A DNA stretch of 64,000 nucleotides from an uncultured Gammaproteobacteria bacterium (GCA_964408485.1 CAYOZJ010000001.1:92366-156365); one strand, 5' to 3'. Counted from the first letter of the stretch, positions 9,022 to 18,622 are shown. Numbers and translations: made by a program. Notes: generated by a model not told the origin, from the sequence alone.

Positions 9022-9500
9022 AAAAGCAGACTGCCCAAACTTTTCCATTTGATTTAGAATTAATCTTAGGGGAACAAAGGGATAAATATGTGGACTTTAA
9101 TTTACCAATTTACAAAGTTTTTCGTGGTTGGGAAAGATTAAATCCGTATCTCGAACAAGATAACTATTTTGTTGTATTTGAGTCAAAAAGAAAAAGGTAC
9201 CCTTTCTTAGACCAATTACTCGATTTTGCAGATTACTTTGCATATCGGGAAGCAAAGAAGATGCCTGGATTCCGAGGGTACTACCGAGGTGAATTGGACA
9301 AAGAAACACACCTCTGCCGATCTTTTTGCGTTTGGGATAAAAAAGAATCTGCTAGGAATAGCGCAAGACAACCTAAACACAGGAAGGCAATGCTTATGAC
9401 AAAGGTTGCTTTTGACCTGTACAGAGTCAAAAGATATATTGTCCAAAAAAGAAAAGATAAAATCCTTTTCCAAGAATATATCCCGGAAAGGAGTAATTAA
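9018..9500 (+). CDS. Dimeric alpha/beta-barrel (ABM-like, UPF0643-like) protein
   Basis: YFVVFES.R, PGFRGYYRG, C.SFCVW....A......P.HR.A pattern; family recalled, not searched. Confidence 0.55.
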   Translation: MKKQTAQTFPFDLELILGEQRDKYVDFNLPIYKVFRGWERLNPYLEQDNYFVVFESKRKRYPFLDQLLDFADYFAYREAKKMPGFRGYYRGELDKETHLCRSFCVWDKKESARNSARQPKHRKAMLMTKVAFDLYRVKRYIVQKRKDKILFQEYIPERSN

Positions 9501-10753
9501 TGAAAACGAATAAGAATTCTGATATCATTACAAGTATGCAAGTACAAACACTAAAAGGATTCAGGGATTTTTTGGGAGCTGAAGCTCGAAAAAGAAAATA
9601 TGTTATGGACACTTTCAAAAGAGTGTTTGAGTCCTATGGATTTGAGCCACTTGAAACTCCTGTAATGGAATATGAGGAGATTCTTATGGGTAAATATGGT
9701 GAAGAGGGTGATAAATTAATGTATCGGTTTGAGGATAATGGGCAAAGACGTGTTGCACTTAGATACGACCAAACTGTTCCTAGTTCCCGATTTGTTGCAC
9801 AATACCTGAATACTCTTCCCATGCCTTTCAAGAGGTATCAAATGCAAAATGTATACCGCGCCGAGAATACACAAAAAGGACGGTATCGAGAGTTTTTACA
9901 ATGTGATATTGATATTTTTGGCATTGATTCTGCATTGGCAGATACAGAAATTATTCTTACCATGATAGCGAGTTATAAAGCGCTTGGTTTTAAGAATTTT
10001 AAGATTCTTCTTAACGACAGATCTAACTTTGAAGGACTTACTACAGAAACAATTATCGTAATTGATAAGCTTAAAAAAATTGGCGAGGACGGAGTCTGTC
10101 AAGAAATGGTTGATAAAGGAATTACGAAAACTAAAGAAGAAGCGTATAACTTACTCCAATCCGTGGTTGAAAAAAAACTAACAGAAAGACTAACTGAAGT
10201 GTTTGCTCTTCTTGAAAAAGAAGGAATCGATAAAGAGACTATTGTCTTCTCCCCTACTCTAGCTCGTGGACTTGATTACTACACAGGAATGATTATAGAA
10301 ATAGAAAGTCCTGATTATCCAGTTGGATCTCTCGCAGGGGGTGGACGATTTAATAATCTTATTGGCATGTTTGCAAACAAACAAATCCCAGCAGTTGGAA
10401 TTGCAGTTGGGTTTGATAGAACAATGGAAGCAATGGAAGCATTAGATTTATTTCCAAAAAATTTAAGCGAAGCATCAGCAAAAGTATTGGTAACAATCTT
10501 TAATAAAGAATTAGAAAAAAAATCATTGGAAATAAGTTCTCGCTTACGCTCGAACAATATAAATACTGAGGTCTACCTATCTGATTCTAAAATGGAAAAG
10601 CAGTTAAAATATGCTGATCAAAAAGGAATCCCGTATGTTGTGATTATTGGTCCAGAAGAACTAGATAAAAATGTTGTAACACTTAAGGATTTAAAAAATA
10701 GAACACAAGAACAAATGACTTTAGAAAACGTTATAAAAAAGCTTAATCAATAA
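9500..10753 (+). CDS. hisS: Histidine-tRNA ligase
   Basis: KGFRDF, ALRYDQT, GRYREFLQCD, ARGLDYYTG, GGGRF, anticodon domain; start may be 9536. Confidence 0.98.
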   Translation: MKTNKNSDIITSMQVQTLKGFRDFLGAEARKRKYVMDTFKRVFESYGFEPLETPVMEYEEILMGKYGEEGDKLMYRFEDNGQRRVALRYDQTVPSSRFVAQYLNTLPMPFKRYQMQNVYRAENTQKGRYREFLQCDIDIFGIDSALADTEIILTMIASYKALGFKNFKILLNDRSNFEGLTTETIIVIDKLKKIGEDGVCQEMVDKGITKTKEEAYNLLQSVVEKKLTERLTEVFALLEKEGIDKETIVFSPTLARGLDYYTGMIIEIESPDYPVGSLAGGGRFNNLIGMFANKQIPAVGIAVGFDRTMEAMEALDLFPKNLSEASAKVLVTIFNKELEKKSLEISSRLRSNNINTEVYLSDSKMEKQLKYADQKGIPYVVIIGPEELDKNVVTLKDLKNRTQEQMTLENVIKKLNQ

Positions 10754-10791
10754 ATTCTGGATGCATCGCCTAAACGACTTACCAGAATGAC
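10754..10791. repeat. Half palindromic element between convergent genes
   Basis: ATTCTGG...CCAGAATGAC. Confidence 0.7.
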
Positions 10792-10798
10792 CATGTCG

Positions 10799-11704
10799 TC
10801 ACTTCCCTATTAAAACAACTCCAACAAATGCAACAACTGCAGCAATAAGTTTTTTCCATAAATGGGATGTTTCTTTAAGTATAATAACAGCAAGTAAGAC
10901 GGTTAAAATAGTTGAAATTTGCGATATTGCAATGAGCTCTGCTGCATTTCGCGCAACTGCATAGGCTGAATAGATTGCAAACGCTGCTACTGCATATAAT
11001 GAAGAAAATAAAAACATTTTTAAAAAGGTTGGTCCATGGAAAAATTTTTTCATATGTTTTGTTGACTTTGGATAAATAATCCACGTAGCAAGAGCCGGCA
11101 GCAAGAATCCAAGCACTTCATATGAAGCAACATCACTGCCTCGGACAACATACGCATCATTGACAAATGCTATCCCTGTTGCTGCAGCGGCAATAAGTCC
11201 CCACCATGTCCCTTTATTAAATACAAATTTTCCTTCTCTATAACTCACCATCACAACGCTGAACAAAACAAGAAATGTACCAACAAATTGTAGAGGGAGA
11301 AAATGTTCGCCCAAAAAAGCGAATGCTGTAAAAATTGTCCAAAGCGATCGTGTCGCATACAAAATAATAAATTCAGATGCTTCGATGAAATGAATAGATT
11401 TAAACGAGAAGACTCCTGCAATAGTATATAGAATAATCATGACAATAAAGTTTGGCCAATAGTGAGCAATATTCGGCATATGAAAACCGGCAAACAAGGT
11501 ATAGATACCAATAATTATTGCGACTAAACCCTGGAATACAATGGAGTACGCAACAGGATCCGATTCATCATCTTTTAGAAGTATTTTTTGGACAAGTGTA
11601 GCTACAGCAACGCTCACCAAACTAATACTGACTAAGAATTGCCAGGAAGAAAAAGAGCCATGTTCTGATTGTACGGAAAAGTTATGAAAAAACACAAGAG
11701 ACAC
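10799..11704 (-). CDS. EamA/DMT transporter
   Basis: About 10 TM, two EamA repeats; start uncertain. Confidence 0.85.
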   Translation of the reverse strand: MSLVFFHNFSVQSEHGSFSSWQFLVSISLVSVAVATLVQKILLKDDESDPVAYSIVFQGLVAIIIGIYTLFAGFHMPNIAHYWPNFIVMIILYTIAGVFSFKSIHFIEASEFIILYATRSLWTIFTAFAFLGEHFLPLQFVGTFLVLFSVVMVSYREGKFVFNKGTWWGLIAAAATGIAFVNDAYVVRGSDVASYEVLGFLLPALATWIIYPKSTKHMKKFFHGPTFLKMFLFSSLYAVAAFAIYSAYAVARNAAELIAISQISTILTVLLAVIILKETSHLWKKLIAAVVAFVGVVLIGK

Positions 11705-11750
11705 TTCCCTCTTGCGTAGTATTAAGAAATGCTTTCATAATAGATTTATC

Positions 11751-11863
11751 GTCATTGCGAGCAAAACGCGAAGCAATCTTATAAGATCGCCACGGGAATT
11801 CCTGTTCCCTCGCGATGACAAAAAGAGATCCTTCGACTCTGTTTCACTTCGCTCAGGATGACA
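11751..11863. repeat. Intergenic palindromic elements (GTCATTGCGAG...CTCGCGATGAC plus GATCCTTCG...CTCAGGATGAC half)
   Basis: Same families as the nadD/nadE/dnaX and DHH inserts. Confidence 0.85.
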
Positions 11864-11870
11864 ACAGTAT

Positions 11871-12779
11871 ATGAAAAAGGCGAAACTTGGAATTCTTGCT
11901 CTTATCGTTGCAACTATTATCTGGGGAGCTGGTGCGCCAATTTTTAAATGGGCGCTTGTTGGAATTGCTCCCGAGCTCTTGGCATTTTTCCGTTTTGTCA
12001 TTCCGGTTATTCTTTTACTACCGTTTGCAAAGCATATCCAAAAAGTAAGACCTAAAGATTTGCCATTTATGCTAAGTCTTGGGATTGTTAATTGTGTTTT
12101 TAACATAGGACTCTATTTCTTAGGCCTATCTTTTGCACCAAGCATTAATCAATCAATTATTGCTTGCGCTGGACCTATTTTTATTATTATTGGATCCAGT
12201 ATTTTCCTTAAAGACAGGGCAACAAAGAAAATTTTGCTTGGTAATATTATTGGTCTGACTGGTGTCTTATTTATTGTTTTTCAACCAGTCAGAGGAATTA
12301 GTACACCCCTCGCACTTTTAGGCAATACACTTTTTATTCTATCTACTTTTTCCGCATCTATGGGTACCATACTGTCGCGAAAATTGGCTGAGCGCTATAA
12401 CCCGATAACGCTTATTTTCTGGAGCTTTTTAGTTGCAAGCATCTGCATGTCTCCATTTTTCTTTCATTCCCTTGCCAACAACACACTCATGAGTAGCATC
12501 AACACAAGAAGCCTGGTTGGCATCTTTTTTGGAGGGATTTTCTCTTCATTTACAGCATACTTATTATTCTATTTCGGGCTTCATTACATAAAGGCATCAG
12601 AAATCACCATTTTTACCTATATTGACCCTGTGGTAACTGTCCTTATTGCAGCTCCTCTTCTTCATGAATATCCTAATCTCATCTTTATTTTGGGCGCATT
12701 TTTGGTCTTTTTTGGCATTTTTGTGGCTGAAGGACGCATTCATTACCATCCGATACACAAGCTTTTTACCAAAGCTTGA
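11871..12779 (+). CDS. EamA/DMT transporter
   Basis: IWG...FRF, Y..P...V.....LL.E. Confidence 0.9.
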   Translation: MKKAKLGILALIVATIIWGAGAPIFKWALVGIAPELLAFFRFVIPVILLLPFAKHIQKVRPKDLPFMLSLGIVNCVFNIGLYFLGLSFAPSINQSIIACAGPIFIIIGSSIFLKDRATKKILLGNIIGLTGVLFIVFQPVRGISTPLALLGNTLFILSTFSASMGTILSRKLAERYNPITLIFWSFLVASICMSPFFFHSLANNTLMSSINTRSLVGIFFGGIFSSFTAYLLFYFGLHYIKASEITIFTYIDPVVTVLIAAPLLHEYPNLIFILGAFLVFFGIFVAEGRIHYHPIHKLFTKA

Positions 12780-12856
12780 ATTTCTAATTTCTAATTCCTA
12801 ATTTTTAATCAATTCCCAAATTTTCAATACAAAATAGCCTATATCGTAACGTAAGT

Positions 12857-13015
12857 AAAGGCCATGCGAACCGAAATAAAACTGAATCAAAAGTTGCTTG
12901 TGTGCATTATGATATCAGACTGGTAAGCAACTTTTGCTTAGCGAAGTTGGAATGGCTGTTGAAACCTAGAAAACCAAACTAAGCGTCATGTTTTATTTTG
13001 GTAAACATGGCCTTT
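12857..13015. ncRNA. Candidate structured RNA, family unknown
   Basis: Four complementary segment pairs forming a Y shape. Confidence 0.45.
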
Positions 13016-13063
13016 TAGCCTTAATTATTGCCTTTTCCACCTCTTTTTGCTATACTATTACCT

Positions 13064-13363
13064 ATGAAACAAGGAATTCACCCACAATTTTTCCAAGCAA
13101 CCGTAACATGCTCTTCTTGTGGTACAAAATTTACCATAGGCTCAACTCAAGAAACATTCCATATTGAGCTTTGCTCTCATTGCCACCCATTCTACACAGG
13201 CGAAGAGAGATTTGTTGATACAGCATCCAAAATTGATAAGTTTAATAAAGCCAGAGATTTGGCACAGCAAATTAAAGCTAAAATGGTTGCTAAGAAAGAA
13301 GAGCAAGTACGAAAAGATAACGCTCCAAAGACACTAGCTGAAATGCTTGCTGCAGCAAAGTAG
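13064..13363 (+). CDS. rpmE: 50S ribosomal protein L31
   Basis: MKQGIHP, CSSCG, CSHCHPFYTG; TTGCCT-17-TATACT then ATG after 7 nt. Confidence 0.96.
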   Translation: MKQGIHPQFFQATVTCSSCGTKFTIGSTQETFHIELCSHCHPFYTGEERFVDTASKIDKFNKARDLAQQIKAKMVAKKEEQVRKDNAPKTLAEMLAAAK

Positions 13364-13462
13364 CAGTCCTCATTTAACCTCGCAGTATGCCGTATGAATC
13401 ATGCAATACGCAATGTTATAATAAGCATAATTCATGTTGCATAGTGCATAATTCATAAACTT

Positions 13463-14371
13463 ATGGAAGACTACCGACTTGTACAAATTAAAGAGCTCGA
13501 AGATAAAATTGCCGAGACACAAAAACTCCTGGGAGACCCTGATATGGCTGAAATGGCACAGGATGAAATTAATCAATTAGAGCAAGAGAAAGCTGCTATC
13601 GAAGAAACAATGAAGCCTGAGCCAATTGAAGACACTCTCAACGAACGGAATGTTATTTTGGAGGTAAATGGCGCAGCAGGAGGAGAAGAGGCTAAGATTT
13701 GGGCAGATGAGTTGCTTCGTATGTACCAACGCTATGCAATCGAACATGGCTTTAAGGTTGAAGGCGTAGACGAAAATGTTATTACTATTTCGGGACACAA
13801 TGCATTTGGAACCTTTAAATACGAAGCAGGCGTCCATAGAGTGCAAAGAATCCCAGAGACCGAGAAAAAAGGCAGACTCCACACATCCACAGCAACTATT
13901 TATATTCTTCCAGAGCTGGAAGATATTGATTTACATATTGATCCACAAGATGTCACCTTTGAAGCATTTAGAGCAGGCGGACACGGTGGACAAAATGTCA
14001 ACAAAGTGAGTACTGCAGTACGACTTAAGCATATCCCTAGTGGCATTGTTGTAGTGAGTCGATCTGAAAGATTTCAAGGACAAAACAGAGAGATTGCCAT
14101 GGAAATGCTCAGAGCCAAACTCTGGGAAAAAGCACTGGAAGAGCAAAATGCAGAAGTTGGAGCACTTCGTTCAACCCAAGTTGGACGTGGCATGCGAAGT
14201 GAAAAAATCAGGACATATAATTTTCCGCAAGATAGACTAACAGATCATAGACTTGGTGAATCCTGGCATAATCTGCCAATACGTATGGAGGGACAAATTG
14301 ATGACATTATTAAAGACATGCAAAAGCTAGAAACCCAAGACGCCCTCCCCCCTACTTCCAATGAAGAATAA
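13463..14371 (+). CDS. prfA: Peptide chain release factor 1 (short N-terminus)
   Basis: [13 protein letters not shown] (PxT motif), [12 protein letters not shown]. Confidence 0.93.
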   Translation: MEDYRLVQIKELEDKIAETQKLLGDPDMAEMAQDEINQLEQEKAAIEETMKPEPIEDTLNERNVILEVNGAAGGEEAKIWADELLRMYQRYAIEHGFKVEGVDENVITISGHNAFGTFKYEAGVHRVQRIPETEKKGRLHTSTATIYILPELEDIDLHIDPQDVTFEAFRAGGHGGQNVNKVSTAVRLKHIPSGIVVVSRSERFQGQNREIAMEMLRAKLWEKALEEQNAEVGALRSTQVGRGMRSEKIRTYNFPQDRLTDHRLGESWHNLPIRMEGQIDDIIKDMQKLETQDALPPTSNEE

Positions 14372-15352
14372 TCAGGAGTTTTGTAGTATTCTAATTTTCT
14401 TAAAGTTTTTGCCTATTTCATTCAAGCCGTCTATTTGAATATCTTCGAAATCAAACTTCGCTTCTTCTAACTGCTTTGGACTAAGCACCAATTCCGCAAA
14501 TGAATCTCCTTCTTTTTGCAATGCTCCCACTCCTGCCCAAAATTTTGCGTATGATCTCTTTGTACTGCCTGTTACAATAAGTCCATCATATTTCCCAGGA
14601 CATGTTGGAATAAGTCGTGGATCTTCCAAATATTTTAAAAGTGTAGGTGTATTAAAAATTGCTTGATGCTCCCATTCTACTTTCTCCATCCACTGCGAAT
14701 CGCTATCTTGATTTGGTCGAAGCTTTACATTTAACTGCGTTGCTAATTTCATCTTCTCATCCATTTCTGGATATTTACCGTTATTCTTCTTAAGTAATTC
14801 TTGTTTGGCTACTTCCAGTTCTTGATCGTATTCTGAAAGATCTTTAAATTCCTCTGCATGACGTCTATAGGTAACAGTTACGCCGTTAGGAATATACTGC
14901 TTAAGAAAACCAAGCATTTTTCTAAAACTTTCGGAATATTTATCTGTTTCACTGCGGGGAACGTTATTAAGAGACTCTATAGAAACGTCTTGTGAGTAAT
15001 AATCAAACCGCGCACCGTATTCATACACAGAAGCAATCCCCTTCATCCATTCAAGAAAGTAGGTTGCGCTAAATAATTCTGCCCAGTCAACTTCTGGTGC
15101 TTCATCAAACCGCCATAATTTATTTCCACCAAACAAGCTACTAATTGTAATGGGTTGCTTTTCTTCCACTGCCAAGTGAATTGCCTTTTTTGCAATGGCA
15201 ACAATCAGATCGTCAGCTTTAAGTTTTCTGAATTTTTTAGACATGACCTTTGCGTAGATAGCATCTTCTAGTGGAGTGCTACCAATGTCTTCCTCTTTTA
15301 CTGGCTCTTTCAGATGCTTAAGTGTAGATAGAATATATTCTTTAGGTGTCAT
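14372..15352 (-). CDS. Hypothetical enzyme-like protein, possible remote DIT1/PvcA-like
   Basis: 326 aa globular ORF; family resemblance by eye only. Confidence 0.6.
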   Translation of the reverse strand: MTPKEYILSTLKHLKEPVKEEDIGSTPLEDAIYAKVMSKKFRKLKADDLIVAIAKKAIHLAVEEKQPITISSLFGGNKLWRFDEAPEVDWAELFSATYFLEWMKGIASVYEYGARFDYYSQDVSIESLNNVPRSETDKYSESFRKMLGFLKQYIPNGVTVTYRRHAEEFKDLSEYDQELEVAKQELLKKNNGKYPEMDEKMKLATQLNVKLRPNQDSDSQWMEKVEWEHQAIFNTPTLLKYLEDPRLIPTCPGKYDGLIVTGSTKRSYAKFWAGVGALQKEGDSFAELVLSPKQLEEAKFDFEDIQIDGLNEIGKNFKKIRILQNS

Positions 15353-15354
15353 TT

Positions 15355-15428
15355 TGGAGATGCGGGGAGGAATTAAACCTCCGTCTTTTGTCTTGCGGAC
15401 AAACGCCTTAACACTTGACTACCGCATC
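15355..15428 (-). tRNA. Atypical tRNA-Cys(GCA)
   Basis: 74 nt cloverleaf GATGCGG/CCGCATC, TTTGT-CCGCAAG-ACAAA, GGAGG-TTTAATT-CCTCC, U73, encoded CCA; C33, T19, T56 non-canonical. Confidence 0.85.
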
Positions 15429-15434
15429 ACAAGC

Positions 15435-15443
15435 ATTATACCA
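15435..15443 (-). promoter_or_regulatory. Extended -10 promoter for the tRNA
   Basis: TGGTATAAT, 6 nt upstream of tRNA G1. Confidence 0.65.
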
Positions 15444-15491
15444 AGAATATAGCTATTTGCCCATAAAAGATTTTTGTGTAACAATTATTTC

Positions 15492-16673
15492 ATGCCCATC
15501 CTTAAGCATCCGAAATTCCCCATAGCGCTATTTGTCCCCCGTCTTCTTACTGTTTTGCTTTTGCTCACAGTAGGAGTAGGAATTATTTTGGGTGTTAGGT
15601 TTTATCAGGAAAACCAAAACAAAAATTCTTTATCTAAACAATTACAGCTCACGCAAAAAGAATTAACTGCTCTTAAAAATGTTGACCAGTATAAAAGAAA
15701 TAATGATCTGCAAACAACAATCTCTGCTATTCAAAAAACATTTTCCCAAACAGTAGATAGCTATCAAGATTTAGTAGATCTCAAACCAAACCTTAAAGAC
15801 TCATCCGATTTTGACACTCTCTTTGCACAGGTTTTAAAGTATCTTTCAGATAAAAATTATGCGTCAGGAGCTGCAAGCTTGGACAAGCTGAATAAACAAA
15901 TTACTGCAGAAAAAGCAAAAATAGCAGCAGCTTCTATCCCATCAGTCCCACAAAATGCTCCTGCAAATAATGCAGCTCCGGGAAATGGATACAGTCGACA
16001 ATCTGTCTCAACACCGAATGGTAATTTTGTTGTCGATATTATTGCCGGAGACATAGGATCGACTCGTGTTGTTGTTGATACTGCTAGTGATGGAGATTGC
16101 GGAAATAATTGCCCAACCCTTCCCCTCTCTACCTATGTAAGTAGGAGCGGCGCATATGCAGGAATTAATGGATCATTTTTTTGTCCTACAGAATATCCAT
16201 CATGTGCGGGCAAAACAGGATCTTTTGATTTGCTTGTAATGAATAAAAATAAAGTCTACTTCAACTCATCTAATAACGTATACAGTACTAATCCTGCAGT
16301 GATTTTTGGCAGCGGATTTGTTCGTTTTGTTGGGCAAGCGTTGCAATGGGGACGAGACACAGGTGTTGATGGAGTACTATCTAATTTCCCTATGCTTGTG
16401 TCAGGAGGAGGAGTTGTTTTCTCAGGAAGTGATGATCCAAAATTTGGCAGTAAGGGAGCACGAGGATTTGTTGCCAATAAAGGTAATACGGTCTATATTG
16501 GTGATGTTTATAACGCAACCATGTCAGACAGCGCAGTTGTTATGAAGGCATTGGGAATGGATAATGCAATGAATTTAGACGAAGGTGGATCTACAGCACT
16601 TATGTTTAATGGAAGTTACTTAGCAGGACCCGGAAGAAACATTCCAAATGCAATTTTATTTTTACATAGGTAG
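15492..16673 (+). CDS. Membrane-anchored phosphodiester glycosidase (NAGPA) family protein
   Basis: TM plus coiled coil; AGINGSFF, AMNLDEGGSTAL. Confidence 0.85.
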   Translation: MPILKHPKFPIALFVPRLLTVLLLLTVGVGIILGVRFYQENQNKNSLSKQLQLTQKELTALKNVDQYKRNNDLQTTISAIQKTFSQTVDSYQDLVDLKPNLKDSSDFDTLFAQVLKYLSDKNYASGAASLDKLNKQITAEKAKIAAASIPSVPQNAPANNAAPGNGYSRQSVSTPNGNFVVDIIAGDIGSTRVVVDTASDGDCGNNCPTLPLSTYVSRSGAYAGINGSFFCPTEYPSCAGKTGSFDLLVMNKNKVYFNSSNNVYSTNPAVIFGSGFVRFVGQALQWGRDTGVDGVLSNFPMLVSGGGVVFSGSDDPKFGSKGARGFVANKGNTVYIGDVYNATMSDSAVVMKALGMDNAMNLDEGGSTALMFNGSYLAGPGRNIPNAILFLHR

Positions 16674-16674
16674 A

Positions 16675-16914
16675 TTAATGAGTGTGTGCTGCTTGTTCTA
16701 ATTTGATAATTCTTTCCGTGTGATCTTGAATATCGTGTTTTATAAAATCCTGATCTTCTCTCATTTGCTCTAGTGACGAAAAATATTTATCCATTCTCGT
16801 TAGCACTTCGTCCTTATATTCATCAAACTTTTCAAGTAAAAAATTTGTCTGATGCTCCAATGCGTTTTTAAGCTTACTTTCTGTTACAATCGGATCGAGA
16901 ACTTTATTCTTCAT
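16675..16914 (-). CDS. Small coiled-coil hypothetical protein
   Basis: ...DHTERIIKLE C-terminus; heptad pattern. Confidence 0.65.
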   Translation of the reverse strand: MKNKVLDPIVTESKLKNALEHQTNFLLEKFDEYKDEVLTRMDKYFSSLEQMREDQDFIKHDIQDHTERIIKLEQAAHTH

Positions 16915-16956
16915 ATTTTTACTATAATGAAGAACCACTAGTCTGTCAACAAAACC

Positions 16957-17343
16957 TTAGAACAGATTCATTCTATTGAATGCCCAGAGAATAATAATTC
17001 CCAATGCTAAGGAAATAAATGAATACGAAACAAGTGGTGTCGCATCAAAAATGCCTGTTAAACCCCGCCATACCAAAACAACACCTGCAGTAATGATAAG
17101 AGGAAATAGCAATTTGTGATGTTTGGCTTTGGTAATAAGATTTTGCTGTACCATACTAATGGATTCAACCTTTTCAAATTGTTCTTCCACTTCTTTTCCT
17201 TCTTTCTCCTCAACAACTACCTGCTCTAGGATAACATTCTGCTTTTCTGCTAAATCTTTTTGCTGATCAATAACCGTATCAACTTTACTCAGAAGCTCTT
17301 CTACTTTTTTATCTACTTTTTGGGCAATTTTTGGATCATCCAT
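16957..17343 (-). CDS. Coiled-coil plus 2-TM membrane protein
   Basis: GVVLVWRGL.GIFD motif, two hydrophobic segments. Confidence 0.7.
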   Translation of the reverse strand: MDDPKIAQKVDKKVEELLSKVDTVIDQQKDLAEKQNVILEQVVVEEKEGKEVEEQFEKVESISMVQQNLITKAKHHKLLFPLIITAGVVLVWRGLTGIFDATPLVSYSFISLALGIIILWAFNRMNLF

Positions 17344-17405
17344 GTAGTATCTAGGATATCTAATTTTGAGGGTATTTGCAAGAAATGATAATTATAATGG
17401 AGGTT

Positions 17406-17720
17406 TTATACATTGGGCTCGTGCACAATTCTTATACGACGTCCATCCTGATCAGTACCAGATGCTTCCTGTTTGTCAAATGATGTTCGCCTATTACCAA
17501 GTCCATTCCCTCTTGCATATCCTCTTCCATCAGTGTCACGGACTGAGATCTTATCTAACATTTCTGTCCCACTAGTAACCTGTCCTACTTTTTTACCATC
17601 AATATAAAGAGTTGTTTTTAATTGAGGATACACAGAAACATGATCCAATCGAGGATAACCCCATGGACGAGCGTTGTGTCCTGAAGCAACTTTTCTATTT
17701 GGCATATTTCTTTCTACCAT
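17406..17720 (-). CDS. Hypothetical protein
   Basis: 104 aa; TGCTAAAAT-6nt-ATG. Confidence 0.6.
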   Translation of the reverse strand: MVERNMPNRKVASGHNARPWGYPRLDHVSVYPQLKTTLYIDGKKVGQVTSGTEMLDKISVRDTDGRGYARGNGLGNRRTSFDKQEASGTDQDGRRIRIVHEPNV

Positions 17721-17877
17721 GGAGATATTTTAGCACTATATACCCTTTTGTGCTTGACTAAATTTTGACTGGATCCTGACTGTAATTCTGTAAGGAACTT
17801 ACTAGATAGCTTGAGCGGAGGCGAAAACATATACAGCAGAATTTCCTGGTATCACGAAGTGATAAATTCTACTAATT

Positions 17878-18597
17878 TTATCTGTGGTCTTTATACTGTT
17901 GGTGAAGAGGCTTGTGGCGGACAACTTCGGAAACAAAGTTAAATCCATATTTTGCAGCTGTTCGCAACACTCCTTCTGCTTCTATTCTTCGTCCGGAGCT
18001 ATCTACCAAAGACCTGCGGAGGAATTTTACTTTACCGATTTTATGAAGTCTCCTGGCAATATCGGTATCTTCGCCGTAAAACTCGATATTTTGGTCAAAT
18101 CCACCAATTTTTAGAAGTACAGACCGCTTGGCGACAAAATTTGCCCCTAAAATCATATATTGCATAAGCAGCTTGTATGTTGGGTATGCGAGAAAATTCC
18201 ACCACGACCAAACCAAAACGCGCTTCCACTTGGACACATCATACAGATTATACGGCGCAGACAGACATACCAGCCTCGGATTTTTTTCAAATTCCCTAAG
18301 TACGCGATGAAACCATCCGGGCTTTACATGGGTATCTGCATCAATATAGGCAACCAAATCCCCTTTTGCAGCCATAAGTCCTGCCTGACGAGCACGGGTA
18401 AGTCCCTTTCTTTTTTCGTGAACAACTTTTACTCCCTTGTATTTTTTAGCTATTGTCGAGGTCTTATCTGTTGAGGCATTATCGACAACAATAATTTCAA
18501 AAATATCATCTCCTGCCTGAGTGATGAGCTCTTCCAAACACGCACCAATATATTTTTCTTCATTGTAGGCTGGAATGACAACAGACAATTTCATCAT
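17878..18597 (-). CDS. Glycosyltransferase family 2
   Basis: SVVIPAYNEE, VDNASTD, YIDAD, GEDTD. Confidence 0.93.
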   Translation of the reverse strand: MMKLSVVIPAYNEEKYIGACLEELITQAGDDIFEIIVVDNASTDKTSTIAKKYKGVKVVHEKRKGLTRARQAGLMAAKGDLVAYIDADTHVKPGWFHRVLREFEKNPRLVCLSAPYNLYDVSKWKRVLVWSWWNFLAYPTYKLLMQYMILGANFVAKRSVLLKIGGFDQNIEFYGEDTDIARRLHKIGKVKFLRRSLVDSSGRRIEAEGVLRTAAKYGFNFVSEVVRHKPLHQQYKDHR

Positions 18598-18622
18598 ATA
18601 TTCATTATAGCAAAGTGCGCAT

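Noticed and set aside
11735-12106. 123 aa minus-strand ORF
   Set aside because: Antisense to EamA; its tail is translated palindromic repeat
12864-12926. 20 aa ORF MRTEIKLNQKLLVCIMISDW
   Set aside because: No SD or promoter support; region is better explained by RNA structure
15355-15428. tRNA as a prophage or island attachment site
   Set aside because: No integrase and no duplicated tRNA 3' end noticed in the window
17790-17875. Hairpin AGAATTT...TATCAC-GAA-GTGATA-AATTCT as an ncRNA
   Set aside because: Short, directly after the GT2 stop; more simply a terminator-like or repeat remnant
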